Shown: piece after piece, positions 31,103 through 45,851 of the stretch
Layout: each line of letters begins with the position of its first letter
Position numbering within the stretch: the first letter of the stretch is position 1
DNA from: Eledone cirrhosa
Taxonomy: Eukaryota
Reading direction: 5' to 3'
Length of the DNA stretch: 64,000 nt
Assembly: GCA_964016885.1 (NCBI GenBank)
Contig: OZ024743.1
Coordinates: forward strand, 283,030,001-283,094,000
The notes under the pieces: model-generated
Seen by the model: the letters and a program-made list of their open reading frames with translations, nothing else
Databases searched by the model: none
What the model was told of the DNA's origin: nothing
Position numbers and translations under genes: made by a program

Positions 31103-32061
31103 TGCATGCAACCAACCATACATACATACGTTATCTCATTCCAGCAATCACAGAAGCGCATTCTCTTTACTAAATAAATACATTTTATATTTTGAAAGTA
31201 AATGGATATCATATTGGATAGGTAGAATATGAATAGAAAGAAGAAAATAGCATCTTTTTCATTCTCCATTTATCATATTCTCAAGTCTATGTTTACATTC
31301 ATTCTATGAAACCTTATTTTGCTTTAACAATCTTTTTTTAACTAACATATCCTGTTTGAATTAGTTCTATGTAATATTTCATTTTGGAATCCTTCGCAGA
31401 GTTTAAACTAAGGAAACACAAATATCTCGTCAAATTCATAAGATTCATTGCCTGTCAGGGTTAGGGTTAATACAGGGTGGCCTTAAGCCATGGACGAACT
31501 GGACAGTTGCTCGGGTATCCAACAGGTCTAGGAGCCCGATGTTAATCTAGTCTATGTATGTTATGTTTGTGTACGCAAAGGACCCGGTACAATGCTTTTT
31601 CCGGTGGCTCACCAAGTTTGGGGGTCAAATACTAATCTATGTATGTTGTACTTGTGTATGTAGGGCTTTGGTGCATTACTTTGTCCGATGGGGAGGAAGG
31701 AGTAGCGAGTGTCTATAATGTTGTTTATTAGAGTTAGGGTTAGGGAGTATGCGTGTGTGTATGCGTGTGCATGCGAATATGCGCGCGTGTGTGTATGTGT
31801 GTCTATGTGCATATGTGTGTATAGGTGTGTGTGTATATGTGTGGCTGCGTGTGCGTGCATATATGTGTGAGAGTGTGTGTATATGTGTGTATCTGTGTGT
31901 GTGTGAATCTGTTGAATGGGATGAGATATATTCATGTTATTATTTTCAGCTCTATAATCAATATCCTGTCACCTTCTTACATGGACACAATGTTTCAGGC
32001 TTACTGATACGGAGGGAGGGACAGAAACATGAAATTGTATGACATTCATGCCTTTTATTAT

Positions 32062-32255
32062 TTGGCAGTATCAGTAGAGCATAGGACAACGTGCTTTGTG
32101 GCATATAGTTACGGCCCTTTGCATTTCAGTTGAGATTAGCTTAGCCTTTCATCCTTACGGGATCGATAAAATAAAGTACCAGTAACACACTGGAGTCGAT
32201 CCAATCGACTTTCCCTTCCCAAAATTGTTGGCCTTGTTCCTAAATCAGGAACCAT
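32062..32255 (+). mobile_element. Nin-domain SINE
   Basis: Homology to the family. Confidence 0.75.
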
Positions 32256-34824
32256 TTTTATTATATTTTTCTCTAGGCCATTAGCATTCCTCATTAAACA
32301 GTTTCTTTTCTGGTATAAGATAAAGAGGTTATTCCGGCTTTCATAAATTCCTTATAATTCTTACCATTCCTCTGTTTTTCTTTTATTTAACCATTCCTCT
32401 GCGGGGATTAGTTACAGTTTTAGAGAATTCAGTTCAAGCTCTACAAAAATGGGTAGCTATGACACTACTGGTGTTAATGATAATAGTAATAGTCGGTGAA
32501 TTACATGTATGGCGCCGAATTGGCAGTTGTGTTAGTGCTTCGTATAGAATGCTTGGCAGTATTTGTTTTGGCAGTTTAAATCCCGTCGTGTTAATTTTGC
32601 TTTTTATCCTTCCAGGGGTCAATAAATATAAAGTATTAAATCAAATACTATGTCGGTCGATTTCTCTCCGTCTCACTTACTAATTTGCCTATGTTGCACT
32701 ATCAGAAGGGGCGTGGGGTCCACTGACAACATCTTATCCTCTTGAAATGGCGAAGGTTTGAGCGAAGATTTAGCAATCTCTTCTCATAGAGAAAAAAAAA
32801 TGATATGCTACTGGAATTGTCCACGAACGGACTGATGTTTAGTGTAGCGGTGAAGAGGAATAAAGAAAGACTGTAATAGTAGTTATGATGACGGTGATAA
32901 CACTGGAAATAGAGGTGGTGATGCAAAGTTGTGATAACAGTACTACTAGTGGTGGTTGTGAATAGAGTGGTGTAGAGCATTACGCGTAAGTTTGTAAAAG
33001 ACGAACGGTTGACGGCAGTCATTTGCTGCGGACTTGTTATTGACTGGACAGCAGAAAAGGACCACCGTCAACAGTTGGTCTTTTACAAGCTCAGAGACAA
33101 TGTATAAGTTGAGGAGAGTTATACGACGTCGGATGAATGGTTGGTTGTTGTTGAAAAGCACTAACCAGTCTTATTTCACCAAATCGGCGACGGTTGACAG
33201 AATCAAATCTTAAGTTTTACGGGACTTAATAAGCAATATTTTTAAATGCTCATTCGTTTGTAATATGTCCTTTCTAAATTGTTATTTCAATATTTAAGGG
33301 CTGTAAATCAACAGAATTGGTACAGCATCGGACAAAATGTTTCTTGGTTTTTAGAGACGCAGGTCTCTTTACACTTTGATCAAGTTCGCTTTTCATCTCT
33401 CCTAGATCGATAAAATAAAGTACTATTCAAGTATTACGTTGATTTAATCGATTACACCGCCACTCCAATAATACCATAAAGCATCCGAGATACGAATGGA
33501 ATTATAATATATACTCCACCTCCTCCAAAAGAAAAATCGAGATTTAGTGCCTATGTTAGAAAATCGATATCTATTAAGTCTATTTTAAAGCAATATTTTA
33601 TATTCGACACCACAATCACCCTTTGATAATCGATTTTAGTTTGTTGGATCTGATTTGTAGTCTTAGTAACCCGTTATATCGTTACTTTAATAAACACTTG
33701 ATCAACGCTTCTGTCGTGGTTAAGCCAGACAAGGGAGAAGGGTGGGAAGTGTGGGTTTATTGGGGATACTCACTTCAAATCTAGTTCTTTTTTTATTCTG
33801 TTCTGTTACTTGTAAGTACATCATGCAATATACATATACATGTAGAGACCCGTAACCAGAGGGAAAATAGCGCCTATGATCCAGCTACCATAGTGTTCTC
33901 ATCCATGATAATCAGAGACAGATCATACATCGGAAGCAGTTTCTTTTATCACTCTCCGACGAGGCTTATTTGACTTTAATAGAACGTGCTCCTAGTCGAA
34001 GTGGTGCCCCCTTCATGTGGCACCCATGACACGTACCATGCTTGCCATACCCTAATTACGCTTCTGTTCATCGTCTGTTTATGTAATCCTAATTTTAACG
34101 TCCTGTTACAAAAGCAATCAAATCTCTCTAAAATATTACCCTGCTACCTTAAAGATTCGGTAATGTAGTCCTAGATACGCAATAACCGATTGAAAGACGA
34201 TGTGGTCATGGTTGAGATGCCTTTGATTATAGGTCTGTTCAGTCAGAACTGAACTGGGACTAAACAACAATTCTCGTTTTAAAGATGATAAAGAATATTT
34301 TAGAGAGATTTAGTTACTATATTGAGCAGCACGAGCGACTGCGTATAGAATGGTGGTGGTTGTGGTTGTGGTTGTTGTTGTTGTTGTGGTTGTAGTAGTA
34401 GTAGTAGTTGTGGTTGTTGTTGTTGTTGTTGTCCTGCCATCCTACACCACCGTCTACAACGTATTTGTAATGTTTGCGTGTCAGTGATAATATCATTGGT
34501 GGTATTTTATGTGAGCACTTAAGTAAGTAGCATAAGAGTGAGAATGTATAAGAATTTGTTAGTGTAAGTGTTAATGTAAACGCATATGCATGTATAGTGT
34601 ATACACATTTTTTTAATGGTTCGCTGGGAGTAAGAAATATGTATGTATGTGTAAGAATGTATAAATTGGTAGTACGCCCAGTCGATGTTTTAATGTGCAT
34701 ACATAGATTTGTGAGTGTAACATTCGCCAGTTTTAGATAAACTGAAGAGTTTATGAGTTTATTATATAACACAATTTATACAGTACATACATGAAAGTTA
34801 TTACGTATAATGTATTGGATGTAT

Positions 34825-34918
34825 GGACCCGTAACTCCTCATGGAGTTATAGGGGCGCCGTATTGACATACGTGTCTTGGTCATTTTAAACCTGGCAGAG
34901 CCAATTTCTTCCAGAGAA

Positions 34919-34993
<75 letters not shown>

Positions 34994-35161
34994 CAACCCT
35001 AGTACGCACTGGAATAGTACTAATAGTACTTTTTTTTATCGACGCCAAAAGATGGAAAGGCAAAGTTACCTTGGTAGGATTTGAGCTTAGAGCGCAGAGC
35101 GCCGGAACGAATATCGCAAAACATTCTATCCAACGTTCTAACGACTCTGTCAATTCGCCGC
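34825..35161 (-). mobile_element. Nin-domain SINE with alternative tail, split by a microsatellite
   Basis: SINE at 34990-35161; tail at 34825-34918. Confidence 0.65.
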
Positions 35162-36506
35162 TTATATAACGTATTATAGTCATTAAACCACAGTGCACTA
35201 CACAGCGCTTTTGCATAAATTGAAATGTATTACAGACGTTTGAATAAATATATAAGCACAAAACTTTAGCCTGCCCATGAAAAGTAAAGAAACTGGTTAC
35301 ACTGGAGATTTTGTCTCTCTGTCGACAGAAAAAGTGAGATTTTGCTGATTAGTGTTGAGGCTTCTTAAACCCTTACAAGAGAAAAGAATGCTAATGTTTC
35401 TGTCTCCAAAGGGATTAGTAGCTTCTAGTTATTTATAATGTATACAAGCATGGGCTCAGCTAAACTATCAGTCTAACTTGCATAACCGTGCATGCGCTGA
35501 CAACGCGGACAAATCAATCAATTCACAGTTCAATACACCGCGTTTGAAATAATTTGAAATGTAAGGTATACTCTTCCTTTTTTTTTTAATTTTTTTTTTT
35601 TTTTATTAATAAACATATCATTTTAGCCATTCTGTGAAAAGTAAACAAAGCTGTTACACCGAATTTTGATCTATCCGTAGACAGAACATGTTACATCGAT
35701 CTGACTAATCTTTAGTCTCCTTACACCTTCATCAGAAGCTATAAGCTGCTATTCTCTCTATGCACAGAAGATGGGTATTCTTTCTCTGATGACATTTTAA
35801 AAAACATTTATAGCTTTATGTCAACATAGCTTCTCTGATTACACATGACGTAACGATGTCGCAACGATTCAACAAAATGGAAACCTATGTGTAGGTACAG
35901 AATATGAGACTTGTGTACAGAGGGTTAAGCGGTTGAATGACTCAGTTCAACGGCAATAAAAAGCAGGAACTACTGTAATAGCGGCCAAAATTTGTCATCA
36001 TAAGCTCTCAAATAGTCACTCAATAATTGTAATTAATTATGAAATATTATAATGTATTACCTATAATTAATTACAATACGATTTTCCATGCCACAATACA
36101 TAATAACATTATAGATAATCGGTGGCTGATTAATTGGCATCGGGCGATAAGGCAAGGCCGAAAGACACAGAACTTCAAAGTCTTCAGCCGTTGATATGAA
36201 TTTTGACAATTTCGACCCCAACAAAAAGTACAACTGGTCCAGCCGGGGTCACAGCGTCTGATAAACAAGCCAAAGCGCAGTCCGTGGAGTGAAAGACAAG
36301 ACAAAACAATAACTTACAGCAATTAAGCCATAACAGGTACACAACTGGACAAGGTGTTTTTGTGGTAGAACAACAGTCTCCCATGCATACCAGTCTCCCC
36401 TCTCTTCACGTTACCGATGTTGTCCAGGGGACCCCCCTCCCCGGATACAACTTGGCATAAGTGACGTCACAACTCATTTCTACAGCTAAGTGAACTGGAG
36501 CAACGT

Positions 36507-36759
36507 CAGGGGCGGTGGAACTGGTGGGGCGATGCCCCCCACCCCCAATAATTATATATTTTCTCCCCACAAACTACAAAAACACACATTTATTTATATA
36601 TACGCTACAATTTATGTACATGTTATGTTTATCGCATATCGAAGTTTTTTTAATATCCTGGTTGATATTTGATAATAACAGTTAAACTAATCGCTACAAC
36701 TAAATCGATCACATTTGCCCCCTCCCCCCTCCAATTCAGACATGCTTCTACCGCCCCTG
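36507..36759. mobile_element. MITE with 14-bp TIRs and 5-bp TSD, inserted into another SINE-like repeat
   Basis: aacgt-CAGGGGCGGTGGAA...TTCTACCGCCCCTG-aacgt. Confidence 0.8.
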
Positions 36760-37018
36760 AACGTGAAATGAAGTGTCAAGGACTCATCACACAGCCCGAT
36801 CAAGGAATCACATATATCCGTGTATGTATATATCTATATATGCACACAAAAACAACCACATATATTATGTATATATATGAGAAAGAATGCGCGTGCATGT
36901 CTGTGTTTGTTTACGCGTGTGTGTAGAAACGAAATATAAACATGATTATATAAGATTGAGTTTCATTTATCTTATATATATATATAAATATAATTTATAT
37001 ATTTCGGCTGGGGCCATA

Positions 37019-37020
<2 letters not shown>

Positions 37021-37096
<76 letters not shown>

Positions 37097-37207
37097 TATA
37101 TATATATATGTATATAAATTAATATATATATATATGTGTATAAATTTATATATATATATATATATGTATATCAATTAATATATATATATATATATGTATA
37201 TCAATTA

Positions 37208-37286
<79 letters not shown>

Positions 37287-37337
37287 TATATAAATTAATA
37301 TATATATATGTATATATATATATATGTATATAAATTA

Positions 37338-37389
<52 letters not shown>

Positions 37390-37499
37390 GTATATAAATT
37401 AATATATATATATGTATATATATGTATATATATATATATATATATAAATTAATATATATATATATGTATATATATGTATATATATATATATATAAATTA

Positions 37500-37544
<45 letters not shown>

Positions 37545-37549
37545 AATTA

Positions 37550-37609
<60 letters not shown>

Positions 37610-37795
37610 GTACATACAGATATATATATATACATATACATACACATATATATATATATACATACACATATATATATATATACATACACATATATATATA
37701 TATATATATATACACATACATATATATATATATATACACATACATACATATATATATATATACACATACATACAAACATATATATATACACATAC

Positions 37796-37842
<47 letters not shown>

Positions 37843-37867
37843 CATACATATATATATATATATATAC

Positions 37868-37909
<42 letters not shown>

Positions 37910-37933
37910 ATACATATATATATATATATATAC

Positions 37934-37964
<31 letters not shown>

Positions 37965-38016
37965 CATATATATACATATATATATAAATTAATATATATA
38001 AATGTATATATATATA
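37021..38016. repeat. (TA)n-rich compound microsatellite with aattaa interruptions
   Basis: Direct inspection. Confidence 0.95.
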
Positions 38017-38046
38017 AGAACAAAAGATGGTTAAAAGAGTTCCATG

Positions 38047-38117
38047 TATTTTATTATGCGCATTTCAAAAACAAATATCATCATGCAATAATATTTGTGT
38101 TTTCATCAGATAAAACA
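38047..38117 (-). ncRNA. Minimal hammerhead ribozyme
   Basis: gttttat-CTGATGA-aaacacaaatatt..gatatttgttttt-GAAA-tgcgca-TA-ataaaat. Confidence 0.82.
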
Positions 38118-38303
38118 GGAGGACATGATATGAAGGTTAAAAAACACTTGTGGATAGTTCAGTTTCTGCATTGCTTTATTGTACTACAATAAAACTCACC
38201 TCCTACATATATATATATATATATACGTTATTCCGGGTTGAATCGGAGGTAACCACAGTAAGTAAGGTACTCAATACATAGCAGAGTATAAAGGTTTTAA
38301 TAT

Positions 38304-38410
38304 AGATGAGATTCTACAGGACTAGAACTGTTTCATTCTTCAGAAATCATCAGGAATCACTGATTCCTGATGATTTCTGAAGAATGAAACAGTTCTAGTC
38401 CTGTAGAATC

Positions 38411-38416
<6 letters not shown>
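38304..38416. repeat. Perfect palindrome (56 bp arms, 1 nt centre) with a hammerhead on each strand
   Basis: Arms 38304-38359 and 38361-38416 are exact reverse complements. Confidence 0.92.
38362..38410 (+). ncRNA. Minimal hammerhead ribozyme (mirror copy at 38310-38358, minus strand)
   Basis: gattc-CTGATGA-tttctgaagaat-GAAA-cag ttctagtc ctg-TA-gaatc. Confidence 0.78.
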
Positions 38417-38508
<92 letters not shown>

Positions 38509-38595
38509 ATATATATATATATATATTTCTATATATATATATATATATGTATGTGTATATATATATATATATATTTCTATATATATATATATGTA

Positions 38596-38680
<85 letters not shown>

Positions 38681-38681
38681 G

Positions 38682-38770
<89 letters not shown>

Positions 38771-38774
38771 GTAC

Positions 38775-38812
<38 letters not shown>

Positions 38813-38820
<8 letters not shown>

Positions 38821-38949
38821 TAAAATAACAGATTAAAGTTTAAGCAAAGAATCGCTGCTTTCACCCTTAACGGGATCTTCAGAAGATCCCGTTAAGGGTG
38901 AAAGCACCGATTCTTTGCTTAAACTTTAATCTGTTATTTTAATAAATAT
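38813..38949. repeat. Palindrome (68 bp arms, one mismatch) hinged on a hammerhead core
   Basis: Minus strand from the centre reads CTGAAGA-tcccgttaagggt-GAAA-gca..tgc-TT; the 5' strand of stem I is missing. Confidence 0.88.
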
Positions 38950-39285
38950 TTGCTCTACGGTTCTTATATATTTGATATATATTTATCCTTATCGAGTCCT
39001 CTTTGGATTTTAGTCTTCAAATTTATTATCATTACTATATATATATATATATATATAAATACATAATCGGAGAAAGCTAAAAGCGACACTCCGGCCAAAT
39101 CCCAACTCACTCAACAAACATTAGGAAATACCTGAGTATATTCCTAATTAAACGTTCGGGGTGCTAACTAATTGTACTGTGTGGAAAATTGGCTGTATCA
39201 TTCCATATGAGATATATCAAATATATATATATATATAATATTAATTCAAAATATTAACAAAATAGATATTCTTCTGATCAATTAT

Positions 39286-39350
39286 ATTTTTTTATACATA
39301 TTTCAGAGGTACTGAGTTAAGTTCAACAGTACGTCCTCATCAGATAAAAT
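39286..39350 (-). ncRNA. Minimal hammerhead ribozyme
   Basis: attttat-CTGATGA-ggacgtactg..cagtacctct-GAAA-tatgta-TA-aaaaaat. Confidence 0.78.
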
Positions 39351-39431
39351 AAGATGATGCATGACATACCCTGATATGATAAATGGTTAAGATTCACTCA
39401 TTCTTTGATATATTCATTGAACCTTGTTTAA

Positions 39432-39514
<83 letters not shown>

Positions 39515-39672
39515 CGAAGGAAGTGTGGTAAGGAACCAGGTGGACCATAACGCACCAGAGTACTCAGAGTACTGTCCTATATATATATATATATAAAGAG
39601 CGGAGCAAGCAATTATCAAACAATTCTCTAAATAAATTATACACACACACACACATATATATATACACACAC

Positions 39673-39723
<51 letters not shown>

Positions 39724-39784
39724 TATATATCTACACACACACACACATATATATATACACACACACATATATATATACACACAC

Positions 39785-39827
<43 letters not shown>

Positions 39828-39902
39828 TATATATCTACACACACACATATATATATACACACATATATATATATATATACACACATATATATATATATAT
39901 AT

Positions 39903-40358
<456 letters not shown>

Positions 40359-40520
40359 TTTAGAGCCCGGTAATTTATTCCTTGAGCTCATAAAATTACA
40401 GGGGATTAACGCAAGTCTTTAACTCCGTTTCTTTGTCAACCACCACCCCACTCTCAAGAGCGTGAAACTAATAAACCTTTGTTCGTACTGCCTCTCTGTT
40501 TTGTTCCCGTTCAATTTTTT

Positions 40521-40586
<66 letters not shown>

Positions 40587-40621
40587 ATATTAAACGAATG
40601 GAAACTATATTTATAAAACCA

Positions 40622-40685
40622 TATTTATTTATATATATTTCAAGGGTACCAAGACAACATTGGTACACTTTCATCAGATAAAATA
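40622..40685 (-). ncRNA. Minimal hammerhead ribozyme within inverted-repeat cassette 40586-40843
   Basis: tattttat-CTGATGA-aagtgtaccaa..ttggtaccctt-GAAA-tatata-TA; the opposite arm shows the matching ataaaata stem I strand. Confidence 0.75.
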
Positions 40686-40936
40686 CAAAGTTTGTTTTAT
40701 AAATAGAGACGTATCCATGGAAATCATACCTTATCGGTTGGAAATTCACTGGGTGAATTTCCAATGTTGTCTTGGTTGCCCTTGAAATATATATAATAAA
40801 ATAAATATGGTTTTATAAATATACTTTCCATTCATTTAATATCAATGGATATTTACTCCAGTAAACTGTTGAGTGCTCTAAACCAGTTATAAACATTTAT
40901 GTTTGTCGGACTTCCAACAAATTAAATACAACTTCT

Positions 40937-40995
<59 letters not shown>

Positions 40996-41182
40996 GAGTT
41001 AAACAAGGTTCAATGAATAAATCAAAGAATGAGTTTTACAGTAGATTGGAAGCACTCTACAGTTAAAAAAAAATAATTTTGCAGAGTTATTAATATTAAA
41101 ATACAAATATTAATAAAATTTAATTGATCAAAAGAACATCTATTTTATTAATATTTGTATTTTAATATATATATAGATATAG

Positions 41183-41247
<65 letters not shown>

Positions 41248-41305
41248 CATATATGATACATATATGATATATATATATTTATATATATGTATACACATAC
41301 ATACA

Positions 41306-41361
<56 letters not shown>

Positions 41362-41697
41362 GTGTGTGTGTGTGTGTGTGTTATAAATGGTATATGGCCT
41401 CAACCTGTCGGCTGGAAGAAGTAAAAGAGAGAAAAAGAGTAGACACACACACACACACACACACGTTTACAATCAATGTTGATATGTATTGTTTGTTCGT
41501 GTTTAAACGATACATGGACACCTCTACGCCAAACACCCCCCACACATAAACACTCTCGTAAACGCACAGATAGACCCCCCCCCCACGCACACACATAAAC
41601 ACATACACACAAACACATTAACATAAACACATACACACGTACACTCACAAGTAGACATAACATTACATACAGCTGGCAAATAATGCTAAAAGATGAA

Positions 41698-41738
<41 letters not shown>

Positions 41739-42001
41739 TATGAAAATGTTGAATAAAATAAACAATAATTTACATTGTAAAAACACCCACCTTTTACCAA
41801 TGGAATTATTAGTTTTCTCTATTAAAAATTGCGACATGACAGTATTGTGTAAACCTGATATTTGCGGTGTTTTCACCACGATACAGAGCCTGTCGACTAG
41901 AAAAAAACTTAAGTTTTCTGCGAACGCAACGTAGCTCCAGGGTTTGGTTGTAAACAGACTACCTACCTAAGTGCGCGCCTGTGCGTATCATCATACGACC
42001 G

Positions 42002-42077
<76 letters not shown>

Positions 42078-42147
42078 CATGTAAGTGTATGTATATGTGT
42101 GTGTGTGTATGTATATTTTGAAACTTTTTCATTATTTGCTAAACCTT

Positions 42148-42209
<62 letters not shown>

Positions 42210-42218
42210 CTATATTTA

Positions 42219-42257
<39 letters not shown>

Positions 42258-42264
42258 TGATATG

Positions 42265-42299
<35 letters not shown>

Positions 42300-42683
42300 A
42301 TATATATATATACATTGATATGTATGTATATGTATATATATATATGTATGTGTGTGTATGTGTGTGTGTATGTATGCATATATATATATATATATGTATA
42401 TATGTGTGTATCTAATTCATCATCATCATCGTTTAACGTCCATCTTCCACACTAGCATGGGTTTAGACGGGAATTGTCCCACTTGAGGCAAGATTGGTTG
42501 TCTCGCTCGTATAGGACTGTCTGGCAGGTTTTCTACGGCTGGATGCCCTTCCTGACACCAACCACGTTTACAGTGTGGACTGGGAGGCTTTTACCGTGTT
42601 ACCTACACGGCCACATTACAGCGTGGACTGTAAAATATATATACACATACCTATATTTATGCATATATATAAATGTTAATATG

Positions 42684-42722
<39 letters not shown>

Positions 42723-42801
42723 CGAAGGAAATATGGCAAGGAACCAGGTGGACCATAAGGCACCAAAGTACTCAATACTTAGGGTAGTAGAGTGGGTAAT
42801 A

Positions 42802-42910
42802 GGAACGAGTAGGACCCCGACGGCTGAGCTCAAGCCGTTTCGACGGCTAATTCAGTCCAGAATTAGCCGTCGAAACGGCTTGAGCTCAGCCGTCGGGGTC
42901 CTACTCGTTC

Positions 42911-42911
<1 letters not shown>
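42802..42911. repeat. Perfect palindrome (52 bp arms, 6 nt loop) made of hammerhead 3' halves
   Basis: Each arm reads gaattagccgtc-GAAA-cggc ttgagctca gccg-TC-ggggtc; related fragment at 29312-29360. Confidence 0.88.
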
Positions 42912-42970
<59 letters not shown>

Positions 42971-43339
42971 TTATATATATTTGTATCTATATATATATGC
43001 ACGCCACACTCACTCTCCCATATACGTATATACATATATACATACATGTGTGTGTAGGTGTGTTTGAATATAATTAGGTAATAATAGATATGTATGGAGG
43101 AAATGTGAGAGTGTACGTGTGTTAATATAAATACTTTTGAGATGCGCGAGTAGATTAATGTGTCAGTATAGGGTTGTTTATCATATGCGAATATATTTGT
43201 ACGTTTGTATGTATTGTTTACGTGAATGTGTTTACAGCTATCACTGTACCAATTTTGAAGTACGCATGGTTGTCACTTGGTAGGTTGAAAGTGCATGTGA
43301 TATTCAATTTAATTCAATTCAATATATTTGGCAGAAATT

Positions 43340-44657
43340 AAAACATAGATGCTTCAGATGCCATGTAAGGAGGGGAGGGGGACAACATTTACACAATCCG
43401 AAACACAGGGGTCCAACACCGGTCCAATTTCGCCTTGAATTGTTGCGTGGTTGGCACGTTGACGACTTCTTCTGGAAGCCGATTCCAGGGTCCAGAGATG
43501 CGGATCGAGAAAGCAGCTTTCCGTCTATTTAGGCGAAAGCGGCGGTGAAACAGCTTTTTGTCATGTCCACATAGACCCCGTTCAAGTGCCGAAGTGAATA
43601 AGAGATCTTGAGGGAGATCGTAATGGCCATTGAAGAGATTGTAAGCCAAAATGAGATCGCCTCTTAGCCGTCGACGCTCCAAGGAGAAGAGGTTCAGCTT
43701 CTGCAGCCGGCTTTCGTAGGGCAGCTCATGAAGACCCTGTACCATTCGAGTCGCTAGTCGTTGAACTCTCTCCAAGTGATGGATATCTCGGATGAAATAT
43801 GGGTTTGATGCTTGGATGCCATATTCTAGGTGCGGTCTCACGAGGGCGACATAGATAGGCCTGAAAATTTCTGGAGTAAGTTTAGCAAAGGAGCGTCGAA
43901 TAAGAAAAAGATAGCCTCTTGCCTTGTTTGCGGCTTGAATGCAATGTTTTGATGGTTTGAAGGACGAGTCGACCAGCAGACCAAGATCTTTAGTCTCCTC
44001 AACCTCTTTCAAAGGAGCAGTGCCACCGTTGAAGGTAAGAGCTGAGTTATAAGGTGTACCCACTGCCATATGGCAACACTTATCGACAGTGAGGTATAAA
44101 TTCCAGTCAATGGACCAACTCCAGGCGCGCTGGAGGCAGGACTTGAGATTGTCGATCTCGCTCCTACGGGCTACCATTTTCACATCATCTGCAAATAGAA
44201 GCACGTTTCCACCAATCACGTCCGGCATGTCGTTGATGTATAGAAGGAAGAGAATTGGGCCCAACACAGAGCCCTGGGGGAACGCCGCTGCCTACACCCA
44301 CCCCGATGACAGACTGCCATTGATCCGAACTCTGCAAGTACGACCCTCAAGAAATGATCCAATCCACTTTATAATCGAATCATGGAGACCATAGTTGCTG
44401 AGCTTATGCAGGAGCAGGCGGTGGTTGACAGAGTCAAAGGCTTTTGCGAAGTCGAGAAAGATAATATCCGCCGCATCTCCATCGTCTATTATCCTCGTCA
44501 CCCATTCTTCCATCACGAGTAGGTTTGCAAGACAGGAACGTTTCGGGATGAAACTGTGTTGAGATGGAGAGATGGCAGTGAAAGACGCAAGATGAGCCAT
44601 AATTGCCCGCTTGATTAGAGATTCCAAGGCTTTACAGACGACTGAGGTGGGGCACAA
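43340..44657 (-). pseudogene. CR1-clade LINE RT, 5'-truncated and frameshifted
   Basis: FLDFAKAFDSV, PQGSVLGP, LLFADD, KDLG, VRPHLEY and RRRLRGDLI. Confidence 0.92.
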
Positions 44658-44812
44658 TGAATGAGTGTATGGGAATGTGTGAACATGTGCATATATGTAT
44701 GTTTCTGTTTACGTTATTTGTTTTATTGGTTAGACTTGAAGGAAGGGACTGTGCCCATGGCCGGCGAAGGTCCTCAGGGATCGATGAGATTGAAGCCGTT
44801 AATATGTAGAAG

Positions 44813-44970
44813 CAGGGTCGTCTTAACAGCATTATAGGCCCCCGGGCAAAGCAGAGCACTGGGGCCGCTACCTAGACAACCACTCACAGGAATAAAAATA
44901 CAAATGGGCTCCTATCCTCGTGGGGCCCCCAGGCAACTGCCCAGCGTGCCCATGCGTTAAGACGGTCCTG
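44813..44970. mobile_element. hAT-type MITE
   Basis: TIRs cagggtcgtcttaac / gttaagacggtcctg with a perfect 8-bp TSD tgtagaag. Confidence 0.88.
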
Positions 44971-45227
44971 TGTAGAAGTAGTTTGATACTTTCTTCAATA
45001 GAGTTTCTTTTACAATATCAAGCGGCCACCAAGAAGCTGGCCTCTGTGGTCTCATAGATAAGTTTCCATTGTGGATGGGCTTTCGAGTCGCTACTATGTT
45101 TGAGATTTTGACATAAACGACCATCTGCTTATTTTCGAGTCCCGGTGACAAAATAGCCTGCTCCCAGAGTCAATTCCAGCACTTGCTAATATGTGGTGGT
45201 CAACTGTCTCACACAGCGACCCCTTTG

Positions 45228-45287
<60 letters not shown>

Positions 45288-45851
45288 TATGCCTCTCAGC
45301 CAGCCAGAGAAATCCCATCAACAGAAGTTTGGTTAATACATTATTGAAAATACCTTTGCAAGGCAACCACGCATATCAATCACACAATTCAACTGTGGTT
45401 ATTTGTGCTTCGTGTATTGTCGTTATAATTTCGACGAAAGTTATATTTAATAAATTAATAACATAGCAACTATATGTTATTGTGGTTGATATATTTCATT
45501 TCCTAGTGATAAAGGTAAATTATTACATCATCCTCATCATCTTAATGAACATTGTTACTCATTTACTTGCACACCCACAATCTCTGGTCACACTATATCA
45601 GGCAACACTAATCTTCCTTCGCCTATACTCTACACAACAGTGACCACATCATTGAGCAATCCACAAATAAGTACACACACAGAAACCGAATCAACACTAC
45701 AATACCACCACCGATTCTAGCATAAGACTTGCTATAAATATACCGCTATAAACTGTTGCAAGTCGACTCCGATATGAAAGACGTGATCAGGAATGGTATT
45801 TCAGAGAGTGACCAGTAAGACCGAGTGTAGAGCTTAAAGCAGACACTAGTG

